Shown one piece after another: positions 20,608 through 28,357 of a stretch of DNA of 64,000 nucleotides. This stretch comes from Bacteroidales bacterium. GTDB lineage: Bacteria; Bacteroidota; Bacteroidia; Bacteroidales; UBA932. The stretch's first letter is position 1. Every line of letters begins with the position of its first letter. The translations under genes and the position numbers were made by a program. The stretch spans positions 81,954 through 145,953 of the forward strand of contig JAFSQE010000001.1 in assembly GCA_017446775.1 (NCBI GenBank), written 5' to 3'. The notes under the pieces are model-generated. The model did not search any database. It saw only the letters and a list, made by a program, of their open reading frames with translations, and was not told the origin of the DNA.

Positions 20608-21939
20608 ATGAAAAAGATACTCATCGCTTTCGCGGCCGTTGCCGCACTGCTCGCCTCCTGCACCCCCAAGCAGCCGGCAGCCCACCATCCCGAATGGACC
20701 TATAACTCTGTGATATACGAGGTGAACATCCGCCAGTATTCACCACAGGGCACATTTGCCGGCGTAGAGGCACAACTGCCCCGCCTCAAGGACCTTGGCG
20801 TGGACATCCTGTGGCTGATGCCGATGTACCAGATTGGCGTCGAGGGGCGCAAGGGTACCCTGGGCTCGTATTATGCAATCAGCGACTATTGCAAGGTGAA
20901 TCCCGAGTTCGGCACCATGGAAGACTTCGACCGTCTGCTGGCCGCAGCACACGAGCAGGGCTTCAAGGTGATTCTGGACTGGGTTGCCAACCAGACCGCC
21001 CCGGACCATATCTGGATGGAGTCGATGCCTGCCGAGTTCTACGAGCGCGACTCGCTGGGCAACGCCACCTGGGAATACGACTGGACCGACACCCGCAGCC
21101 TCAACTACGACTTCCGTCCGGTATGGGAGGCACAGGAAGAGTGCATGCGCTTCTGGCTGGACAAGGGTGTGGACGGATTCCGCTGCGACGCCGCGGGCGA
21201 GATGCCGGCAGAATTCTGGCAGAGCGTGATGCCCGGCCTTAATGCCGACTATCCCGAAGCATACTTCCTGGCAGAGGCAGAGCGCACCAATCTGGCAAAC
21301 CCCGACAGCACCTTCGACGCCACCTACGCGTGGGAGCTGCACCACCTGCTTAACGATATCGCCTCCGGCCAGAAAGAGTTCTCAGAGCTGCGCGCATACC
21401 TGCAGCGCGACTGGCAGAACTACCCTGAAAGCGCTTTCCGCATGACCTTTACCTCCAACCACGACGAAAACAGCTGGCAGGGTACCGAATTCGAGAGGAT
21501 GGGCAACTGCGCCAACGCCTGCGCGGTGCTTTGCTTCACCCTGCCCAAGAGCCAGCCGCTGGTTTACACCGGCCAGGAGATTGGCCTTGACCGCCGTCTG
21601 GCATTCTTTGAGAAGGACCCCATAGAAGACTGGAGCGACAATGAATTCACCTCTTTCTTCAAGAAATTGGTGTTACTGAAGCATAACAACCCCGCCCTGG
21701 ATGCAGGCGAGAGGGGCGGCGACTATCTGGATATCCCCCAGAGCAGCGACGGCGTATACGCCTTCTCCCGCACCAGGGGCGACAATCAGGTGATAGTTGC
21801 CGTGAACATGGGCACCGAAGCCGCCACCGTGGCGCTCCCGTTGGAGGGGGAATACACAGAACTCTTCTGGGGTGAAACAGCCCGCGACACCCGGGAGATT
21901 GCATTGCCCGCCGGGGGATACGCCGTATATTTCCGATAA
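20608..21939 (+). CDS. GH13 alpha-amylase family lipoprotein (probably periplasmic)
   Basis: 443 aa with lipobox LLASC. The GH13 regions are present: DWVANQTA, GVDGFRCDAAGEM, YFLAEAE and FTSNHDENS. Confidence 0.85.
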   Translation: MKKILIAFAAVAALLASCTPKQPAAHHPEWTYNSVIYEVNIRQYSPQGTFAGVEAQLPRLKDLGVDILWLMPMYQIGVEGRKGTLGSYYAISDYCKVNPEFGTMEDFDRLLAAAHEQGFKVILDWVANQTAPDHIWMESMPAEFYERDSLGNATWEYDWTDTRSLNYDFRPVWEAQEECMRFWLDKGVDGFRCDAAGEMPAEFWQSVMPGLNADYPEAYFLAEAERTNLANPDSTFDATYAWELHHLLNDIASGQKEFSELRAYLQRDWQNYPESAFRMTFTSNHDENSWQGTEFERMGNCANACAVLCFTLPKSQPLVYTGQEIGLDRRLAFFEKDPIEDWSDNEFTSFFKKLVLLKHNNPALDAGERGGDYLDIPQSSDGVYAFSRTRGDNQVIVAVNMGTEAATVALPLEGEYTELFWGETARDTREIALPAGGYAVYFR

Positions 21940-21976
21940 ATGTTCGTAAACCTGTTGATAATTTGGAAAATAGTTG

Positions 21977-21984
21977 TATCTTTG
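21977..21984 (+). promoter_or_regulatory. -7 promoter box (TATCTTTG) for the rplC cluster
   Basis: Exact TAnnTTTG match 61 nt upstream of the rplC ATG. A small hairpin (CCGCA-AAAAG-TGCGG, 21989-22003) lies in the predicted leader. Confidence 0.4.
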
Positions 21985-22044
21985 CAGCCCCGCAAAAAGT
22001 GCGGAGATATTTACAACTAGTTTATTTACACCAAATTATCTACA

Positions 22045-22665
22045 ATGCCTGGATTAATTGGAAAGAAAGTCGGAATGACTTCCATGTTCGATGCAAACGG
22101 TATGAACGTACCTTGCACCGTAATTGAGGCTGGTCCGTGTGTTGTTACGCAAATTCGTACGGTAGAAAAAGATGGTTATGCCGCCGTGCAGCTTGCCTAT
22201 GACGAAATCTCAGAGAAACACGCCAGCAAGGCTCTCAAGGGCCACTTTGAAAAGGCAGGAACCACTCCCAAGCGCAAATTGGTGGAATTCAAGTCGTTTG
22301 ACATCGATTCCCTCAAGTTGGGAGACACTATCACCGTCGCAGATCTCGAATCTGTAGAATGGGTCGACGTTACCGGTACCTCCAAGGGTAGAGGTTTCCA
22401 GGGCGTAGTAAAGCGCCACGGATTTGCCGGTGTTGGCGGACAGACTCACGGTCAGCACAACAGGCTTCGCAAGCCCGGTTCACTGGGTGCGTCGTCCTGG
22501 CCTAGCCGTGTCTTCCCCGGTATGAGAATGGGTGGTCACATGGGATGCGACCGCGTCAAGGTTCTCAACCTTCAGGTTGTCAAGGTTATACCTGAAAACA
22601 ATCTTATCGTAGTTAAAGGCTCTGTTCCCGGAGCTAAAGGTTCTTATGTAACATTGGAGGCTTAA
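22045..22665 (+). CDS. rplC: 50S ribosomal protein L3
   Basis: 206 aa; [32 protein letters not shown]. Confidence 0.95.
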   Translation: MPGLIGKKVGMTSMFDANGMNVPCTVIEAGPCVVTQIRTVEKDGYAAVQLAYDEISEKHASKALKGHFEKAGTTPKRKLVEFKSFDIDSLKLGDTITVADLESVEWVDVTGTSKGRGFQGVVKRHGFAGVGGQTHGQHNRLRKPGSLGASSWPSRVFPGMRMGGHMGCDRVKVLNLQVVKVIPENNLIVVKGSVPGAKGSYVTLEA

Positions 22666-22669
22666 CGTT

Positions 22670-23296
22670 ATGAAACTGGCAGTTTACAAAATCGACGGCT
22701 CCGCTTCCGGTAAGGAAGCTGTTCTGGATGACGCAATCTTCGCCATCGAGCCCAACGACCACGCTATCTATCTTGACGTCAAGCAGTACCTTGCAAACCA
22801 GCGTCAGGGAACACACAAGAGCAAAGACCGCAGCGAAATCGCTCACAGTACCAAGAAGATGGGTCGCCAGAAAGGCGGCGGCGGTGCACGTCACGGTAGC
22901 ATCAAGTCCGGTACTTACGTAGGCGGTGGCCGTATCTTCGGCCCCCAGCCCCGCGACTATCGCTTCAAACTCAACAAAAAGCTCAAACAGCTGGCACGCA
23001 ACTCCGCCTTCACCTACAAGGCACAGGAAGAGGCCATCACCATGGTTGAGCCTTTTGCAATGGACGCACCCAAGACCAAGGATTTCATCAAGATCCTGGA
23101 CAATCTCAAGGCTAACGGCCGCAAGACCCTGGTGGTCCTTCCCGAAAACTCGAACAATATTTACTTATCGTCTCGCAACCTTCCTGAGGTGAAAGTCATC
23201 ACCGTAGACGAAATCAACACCTACGCCATCATGAATGCAAATCATCTGGTAATGGTGGACGGCGTCCAGGATATCCTTGCCGAAAGACAAAAATAA
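22670..23296 (+). CDS. rplD: 50S ribosomal protein L4
   Basis: 208 aa; QRQGTHKSKDRSEI and GGGGARHG; positioned after rplC. Confidence 0.95.
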   Translation: MKLAVYKIDGSASGKEAVLDDAIFAIEPNDHAIYLDVKQYLANQRQGTHKSKDRSEIAHSTKKMGRQKGGGGARHGSIKSGTYVGGGRIFGPQPRDYRFKLNKKLKQLARNSAFTYKAQEEAITMVEPFAMDAPKTKDFIKILDNLKANGRKTLVVLPENSNNIYLSSRNLPEVKVITVDEINTYAIMNANHLVMVDGVQDILAERQK

Positions 23297-23305
23297 TCTA
23301 AAGCA

Positions 23306-23596
23306 ATGGGAATACTGATTAAGCCAATCGTAACCGAGAAAATGACGGCTCAAGGCGATAAGTTGAACCGTTACGGTTTTATTGTTGACCGCGATGCTAA
23401 CAAAGTTGAAATCAAGCAGGCGGTTGAGCAGACCTACAATGTTTCTGTATTGAGCGTCAATACTGCAAACTACCACGGCAAAAAGAAAAGCCGTTACACC
23501 AAAGCCGGTATGCTGACCGGTCGCACCAATCACTATAAGAAAGCTTATGTGACTTTGGCTGCAGACGACAAGATCGATTTCTACAGTAACATCTAA
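23306..23596 (+). CDS. rplW: 50S ribosomal protein L23
   Basis: 96 aa; [10 protein letters not shown]; conserved operon order. Confidence 0.95.
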   Translation: MGILIKPIVTEKMTAQGDKLNRYGFIVDRDANKVEIKQAVEQTYNVSVLSVNTANYHGKKKSRYTKAGMLTGRTNHYKKAYVTLAADDKIDFYSNI

Positions 23597-23610
23597 AGAT
23601 CCGGAAGATT

Positions 23611-24435
23611 ATGGCAGTACGTAAATTCAAACCGGCAACCCCGGGTCAGAGAAACAAGGTGATCAGCACCTACGAAGAAATCACTTGCACAACTCCCGAA
23701 AAGTCCCTGCTCCGTCCCCTGCGCAAATCGGGTGGCCGCAACAACCAGGGTAAGATGACTATGCGCTATATCGGCGGCGGTCACAAGCAGATGTACCGCG
23801 TCATCGACTTTTTGCGCGACAAAGACAACTACACAGCTACCGTCAAGACCATCGAATACGACCCCAACCGCACTGCACGCATTGCGCTGGTAGTTTATGA
23901 AGATGGTGAAAAACGTTATATCATCGCTCCTAACGGCATCAAGGTCGGTCAGAAAATCGCTTCCGGCAGTGGTGTCGCCCCTGAAATAGGTAACACTCTT
24001 CCGTTGTCAGAAATTCCTCTCGGAACTCTGGTACACTGCATCGAGCTCCGTCCCGGCCAGGGCGCCGCAATGGCACGTTCAGCCGGAACATACGCCCAGC
24101 TCACCGCTCGCGAAGGCAACCACGCTATCCTGCGCCTCCCTTCGGGCGAGACCCGCATGGTGCTGGTAACCTGCCGCGCAACCGTGGGTACGGTGTCCAA
24201 TACCGATCACAACCTGGAGTCTCACGGAAAGGCAGGCCGCGTTCGCTGGATGGGTCGCCGTCCTCGCAACCGCGGTGTCGTAATGAACCCTGTAGATCAC
24301 CCGATGGGTGGTGGTGAAGGCCGTGCATCCGGTGGTCACCCTCGTAGCCGCAAGGGTCTCATCGCCAAGGGTTACAAGACCCGTAATCCTAAGAAGAACT
24401 CCAACAAGTTCATCATTGAAAGGAAAAAGAAATAA
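23611..24435 (+). CDS. rplB: 50S ribosomal protein L2
   Basis: 274 aa; [27 protein letters not shown]. Confidence 0.95.
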   Translation: MAVRKFKPATPGQRNKVISTYEEITCTTPEKSLLRPLRKSGGRNNQGKMTMRYIGGGHKQMYRVIDFLRDKDNYTATVKTIEYDPNRTARIALVVYEDGEKRYIIAPNGIKVGQKIASGSGVAPEIGNTLPLSEIPLGTLVHCIELRPGQGAAMARSAGTYAQLTAREGNHAILRLPSGETRMVLVTCRATVGTVSNTDHNLESHGKAGRVRWMGRRPRNRGVVMNPVDHPMGGGEGRASGGHPRSRKGLIAKGYKTRNPKKNSNKFIIERKKK

Positions 24436-24459
24436 TAACGGAATAAATCTTAGGAAATT

Positions 24460-24726
24460 ATGAGTCGTTCACTTAGAAAAGGTCCGTACATTCAGGAAGC
24501 ACTCGAGAAGAGGGTAATCGCCATGAATGAAGGGACAATGAAAAAAGAAGTAATCAAGACCTGGTCACGCTCCAGCATGATTTCTCCCGATTTCGTGGGT
24601 CATACCATCGCAGTGCACAACGGGAATAAGTTTATTCCGGTGTACGTAACTGAGAACATGGTTGGTCACAAGCTCGGCGAGTTTGCTCCGACGCGTACAT
24701 TCAGGGGTCACAGTGGTAATCGTTAA
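24460..24726 (+). CDS. rpsS: 30S ribosomal protein S19
   Basis: 88 aa; [36 protein letters not shown]. Confidence 0.95.
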   Translation: MSRSLRKGPYIQEALEKRVIAMNEGTMKKEVIKTWSRSSMISPDFVGHTIAVHNGNKFIPVYVTENMVGHKLGEFAPTRTFRGHSGNR

Positions 24727-24738
24727 TAAATAATTACT

Positions 24739-25161
24739 ATGGGAGCTCGAAAAAGAGAAATGGCCGAAAGGCTTAAAGAAATAAAGAGTCGTACAGCTAT
24801 CGCGAAGCTGAACGATGTTCCCACCTCTCCCCGCAAGATGCGTCTGGTAGCAGACATCATCCGCGGCAAGGAGGTCAACCACGCTTTGGATATTCTCAAA
24901 TATTCAAAGAAGGAGCCCGCTACAAGGCTATCTAAGCTCGTGCGCAGCGCCATCGCAAACTGGGAAGCCAAGAACGAGGAGAGCCGCAAGGAGCTTGAAA
25001 ACGGCAATGTTTACATCCAGACCATCATGGTAGACGAAGGCCGCACGCTGAAGCGCATCCGCACCGCCCCCCAGGGTCGTGCAGCACGCATCCGCAAGCG
25101 TTCCAACCACGTCACCATCGTGCTCGGAACCAAAAATCAACCCGCTAAAGAGGAGGCATAA
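24739..25161 (+). CDS. rplV: 50S ribosomal protein L22
   Basis: 140 aa; [15 protein letters not shown]; conserved operon order. Confidence 0.9.
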   Translation: MGARKREMAERLKEIKSRTAIAKLNDVPTSPRKMRLVADIIRGKEVNHALDILKYSKKEPATRLSKLVRSAIANWEAKNEESRKELENGNVYIQTIMVDEGRTLKRIRTAPQGRAARIRKRSNHVTIVLGTKNQPAKEEA

Positions 25162-25163
25162 TT

Positions 25164-25937
25164 ATGGGACAGAAAACTAATCCTATCAGCAACCGTATAG
25201 GTATCACCCGTGGTTGGGACTCCAACTGGTGCGGTAATTATCCCGAGCGTCTCAAAGACGACGCACGTATCCGTGAATATCTCAACGCCCGTCTGCAGAA
25301 GGCTTCTGTAAGCCGCATTGTCATCGAGCGCACGATGAAGGTGATCACCATCTCCATCCACACCGCAAGACCCGGCATCATCGTCGGCAAGAACGGTGCA
25401 GAACTTGAGACTCTCAAGGGCGAGGTAAAGAAGATCTGCGGCAAGGACGTTCAGATCAACATCTACGAGGTTAAGCGTCCCGAAGCTGACGCCAACATCG
25501 TTGCAGGCAACATCGCACGCCAGATCGAGGGCCGCGTATCATACCGCCGTGCCATCAAGATGGCTGTTGCATCTACCATGCGCGCCGGCGCAGAGGGTAT
25601 CAAGATACTCATCAGCGGCCGCGTAGGTGGTGCCGAGATGGCTCGCAACGAGCTCTACAAGGAGGGTCGTACCCCTCTGCACACTTTCCGTGCAGACATC
25701 GACTATGCCCTTGCAGAGGCTCACACCAAAGTTGGTGTGCTTGGTATCAAGGTTTGGATATGCAACGGTGAGGTTTACGGCAAGCGTGACCTCAACCCCA
25801 ACGCAGGCGTAGCAGCTGCTGCCAATGCAGGTGAACGCCGCGGTGGCGAGCGCCGCGAACGCCGTGGCGGCCGTGACGACCGTCGTGGCGGTGAGCGTCG
25901 CGGTGGCGACCGTCGCCCCCGTCGTGACGCCGAGTAG
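25164..25937 (+). CDS. rpsC: 30S ribosomal protein S3 with an Arg/Gly-rich C-terminal tail
   Basis: 257 aa; [14 protein letters not shown] and a KH domain ([10 protein letters not shown]). The last 45 or so residues are ERRGG-type repeats. Confidence 0.95.
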   Translation: MGQKTNPISNRIGITRGWDSNWCGNYPERLKDDARIREYLNARLQKASVSRIVIERTMKVITISIHTARPGIIVGKNGAELETLKGEVKKICGKDVQINIYEVKRPEADANIVAGNIARQIEGRVSYRRAIKMAVASTMRAGAEGIKILISGRVGGAEMARNELYKEGRTPLHTFRADIDYALAEAHTKVGVLGIKVWICNGEVYGKRDLNPNAGVAAAANAGERRGGERRERRGGRDDRRGGERRGGDRRPRRDAE

Positions 25938-25960
25938 GCATACCGTTTAAAAACAAAAAG

Positions 25961-25988
25961 AGCCAGCCTTCGGGCTGGCTTTTTTGTT
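25961..25988 (+). terminator. Rho-independent terminator after rpsC
   Basis: Perfect 8-bp stem AGCCAGCC / GGCTGGCT with a TTCG tetraloop, followed by TTTTTGTT. Confidence 0.75.
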
Positions 25989-26050
25989 GCCCCGCCAGGA
26001 CCGGCCCAATAGCAGCTACAAGCAGTTGCAACGCGGGGCAGAGAGGAGAC

Positions 26051-26076
26051 AAAAAAACCTGCCGTGAAGGGCAGGT
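26051..26076 (-). terminator. Rho-independent terminator after secG
   Basis: On the minus strand: ACCTGCC-CTTCAC-GGCAGGT followed by TTTTTTTG. Confidence 0.65.
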
Positions 26077-26102
26077 CCTTTAACGGTAATGGCGCGGGAG
26101 AA

Positions 26103-26456
26103 TTACTCAGCGGGGGTCTCCTCTTCGGGAGCCGCTACGGTGTTGGCCGGGAACTCGGGCTCGCCGGCTGCGGGAGCGGTTTGCTGAATCATGTTCTCGA
26201 TGCTGTCAGAAGCAACCTTGGATGCCTTCGGGGTGAAGAAAGTTGCTACGACGCAGAGCACCAGCACGATGCCTGCCAGCCACCACGTAGCCTTCTCCAG
26301 GAAATCGGCCGTCTGCCTTACGCCAAAAGTGGTATTGCCCGCAGCAAAATTGGCTGCAAGACCGCCGCCCTTGGAGTTCTGCACCAGCACGATAAGCGTC
26401 AGAAGCACGCTGGCCACCACGATAATTACCGAAATAGTGATATAAATAGCTTGCAT
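26103..26456 (-). CDS. secG: Preprotein translocase subunit SecG
   Basis: 117 aa from ATG 26456 (MQAIYITISVIIVVASVLLTLIVLVQNSKGGG). It has two TM segments and a low-complexity tail. The ORF-track start at 26507 adds 17 unlikely residues. Confidence 0.8.
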   Translation of the reverse strand: MQAIYITISVIIVVASVLLTLIVLVQNSKGGGLAANFAAGNTTFGVRQTADFLEKATWWLAGIVLVLCVVATFFTPKASKVASDSIENMIQQTAPAAGEPEFPANTVAAPEEETPAE

Positions 26457-26536
26457 ATTATTGAATATTATTTGTTTCTGTCTGTTTTGGGGGTGCAAAG
26501 TAAGCACTTTTTCCCCGATATAACAAATTTATAATG

Positions 26537-27049
26537 TTACCATTGTGCCACCGACGCGTTGAAGATATCCTCTACCAGCGTGTCGATGATATCGTCGCAC
26601 AGCGAAGCCTCCACCTCGTCCAGCGAAAGGTCGGCGTCGTAATCCTGATATGCGGCAAAACTCTTCTTCTCAAAGCTCTCTTCGGGGTGCTTGAAATTCT
26701 CGAAGGTGGCCCGGCAAGTCACCGTAAGGCGGTTCTGCGCCGCAGTCTCGTCTTTGGAGATGCCCTGCGCCTTGACGTCGTAGGACTCTATCGTTATCAC
26801 AAGCAGCAGATCGCCGTCCATCTCTACCTGCTCCAGGCTGGTGAGCTTCTTGAACTTGTCCTTGAGCGCCTCCGTCATGTCGTTTGCCAGCGAAGGGTTC
26901 ACCTTCATGGCATTGTTAAGCACCGGCTCTATGGTGATGGTGTGCACATCGGGGCGGATAGATGTACCCGAAAAGGAGTAGATTCCGCACCCGGCAAGGC
27001 AGAATGCCGCAACAATAAAGGTCAACGCAGCAAAGAGATATCTTCTCAT
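26537..27049 (-). CDS. Small lipoprotein, LptE-like (LPS-assembly lipoprotein candidate)
   Basis: 170 aa with lipobox CLAGC. The size and its position between a sigma-54 activator gene and secG fit an arrangement I recall as recurrent in Bacteroidota. Sequence similarity was not verifiable here. Confidence 0.5.
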   Translation of the reverse strand: MRRYLFAALTFIVAAFCLAGCGIYSFSGTSIRPDVHTITIEPVLNNAMKVNPSLANDMTEALKDKFKKLTSLEQVEMDGDLLLVITIESYDVKAQGISKDETAAQNRLTVTCRATFENFKHPEESFEKKSFAAYQDYDADLSLDEVEASLCDDIIDTLVEDIFNASVAQW

Positions 27050-28263
27050 AAACCCAGGTCTTTGATTTTACGATAAAGTGTCCGCTCCGAGATGCCCAGC
27101 TCCTGGGCTGCCTCCTTGCGGTTGCCGTGGTGCTTTTCCAGCGCCCTGGCTATCAGCTCCGATTTCTTGTCGTTTATAGAGAGGTTCTGGTCTTGCGGGA
27201 TTTCGTGCACCGGATCCCCTGCAATAACCTCCTGCACCGCCTGCTCCTCTACCCCGAACTGTTCGTACGGATGTTCCGCGGCAGAGTCACTGCTCTCCAC
27301 TATAAGATGCGCGGGCTGCTGGATGAAATGCCCGGCAGCGCCACCCTTCTGCACATCGTCCAGCCGCGCTTTAAGGTTCTCGATATCCTGCTTGAGCTGC
27401 ATTATCATCTTGAAGATGATGTCGCGGTCGCTCATATAATCGGCGGCGGCGCTGCCAGCCAGGGCCGGGAGCGAGACGTTCAAATCGCTCTGCAGGTATT
27501 TTTCAAGGGTGCGGCGGTCTATTATGCGGTCGGTTTCCATAACCGATATGCGTTCTGCCACGCTCTTTAGCTCACGCACGTTGCCTGGCCAGCCGTAATT
27601 CTCCAGAGACACCACCGCATCTGCAGTGAGCCGTATCGACGGCATGGTGTACCGGCCGGCAAAGTCCAGGGCGAACTTGCGGAACAGTTTGTGGATATCC
27701 TCTTTGCGGTCCCGCAGCGCCGGCATGCGGATGGGCACGGTGTTCAGGCGGAAGTAGAGGTCTTCGCGGAAACGGCCCGTCTCTATGGCGCGGCGCAGGT
27801 CGATGTTGGTGGCGGCCACCACCCTCACGTTGGTCTTCTGTATCTTGGACGATCCGACCTTCATGAATTCGCCCGTCTGCAGCACGCGCAGCAGGCGTAC
27901 CTGGGTAGAGAGGGGCAGCTCCGCCACCTCGTCCAGGAACAGCGTGCCGCCGTCGGCCTCTTCAAAATAACCCTTGCGGGTTTCGTTGGCACCGGTAAAC
28001 GCACCCTTCTCGTGGCCGAACAGCTCGGAATCTATCGTCCCCTCCGGTATCGCGCCGCAGTTAATAGAAAGGTATACGTTATGCTTGCGGGGGCTGTTGT
28101 AGTGGATTATTTGCGGGATAAACTCCTTGCCCACGCCGCTCTCGCCCGTTACCAGCACAGAAAGGTCGGTCTTTGCCACCTGCAGGGCGATGCCTATCGC
28201 ACCGTCCAGGGCAGCCGAATCTCCAATGATGCCAAACCGCTGTTTTATCGATTCAAAGTTCAT
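27046..28263 (-). CDS. Sigma-54-dependent transcriptional activator (AAA+ and Fis-type HTH) with no N-terminal sensor or receiver domain
   Basis: 405 aa. Walker A is GESGVGKE (about residue 40), the GAFTGA loop is EKGAFTGA, Walker B is GGTLFLDEV, and the C-terminal HTH is AAQELGISERTLYRKIKDLGL. Its stop overlaps the downstream ATG (ATGA). Confidence 0.85.
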   Translation of the reverse strand: MNFESIKQRFGIIGDSAALDGAIGIALQVAKTDLSVLVTGESGVGKEFIPQIIHYNSPRKHNVYLSINCGAIPEGTIDSELFGHEKGAFTGANETRKGYFEEADGGTLFLDEVAELPLSTQVRLLRVLQTGEFMKVGSSKIQKTNVRVVAATNIDLRRAIETGRFREDLYFRLNTVPIRMPALRDRKEDIHKLFRKFALDFAGRYTMPSIRLTADAVVSLENYGWPGNVRELKSVAERISVMETDRIIDRRTLEKYLQSDLNVSLPALAGSAAADYMSDRDIIFKMIMQLKQDIENLKARLDDVQKGGAAGHFIQQPAHLIVESSDSAAEHPYEQFGVEEQAVQEVIAGDPVHEIPQDQNLSINDKKSELIARALEKHHGNRKEAAQELGISERTLYRKIKDLGL

Positions 28264-28308
28264 AGGGGCGAATTTACAATTTTTTCTCCACTTGTTTTTT
28301 ATTATTAC

Positions 28309-28316
28309 TATATTTG
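28309..28316 (+). promoter_or_regulatory. -7 promoter box (TATATTTG) for the lipoprotein gene
   Basis: Exact TAnnTTTG match 42 nt upstream of ATG 28358. Confidence 0.4.
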
Positions 28317-28357
28317 CCCCAAACCGACAGAAAAATCAAAAACATAAATCATATCTC

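Noticed and set aside
22045-25937. Low GC of the r-protein block as evidence of horizontal acquisition of a foreign r-protein cassette
   Set aside because: The same lower-GC codon style appears in unlinked native-looking genes (the susE/F-like gene, the 28358 lipoprotein, tkt, the EF-G paralogue). There are no flanking mobility genes, repeats or tRNA. Expression-linked codon bias is the simpler explanation, although it still needs a genome-wide check.
25986-26040. 8-bp inverted repeat TGCCCCGC ... GCGGGGCA with a loop of about 39 nt, between the rpsC and secG terminators. I considered it as a possible small RNA or recombination scar at the end of the r-protein fragment.
   Set aside because: It is short and GC-rich, and could arise by chance. 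It has no promoter box, no tRNA-like or other known RNA signature, and no matching repeat at the other end of the r-protein block (21940-22044).
26064-27076. Plus-strand ORFs 26064-26534 (156 aa) and 26534-27076 (180 aa) as alternatives to secG and the LptE-like gene
   Set aside because: The minus-strand products have coherent features: the SecG TM-GGG-TM pattern, and a signal peptide with a lipobox. They also fit the terminator at 26051-26076 and the ATGA coupling at 27046-27049. The plus-strand translations are featureless.
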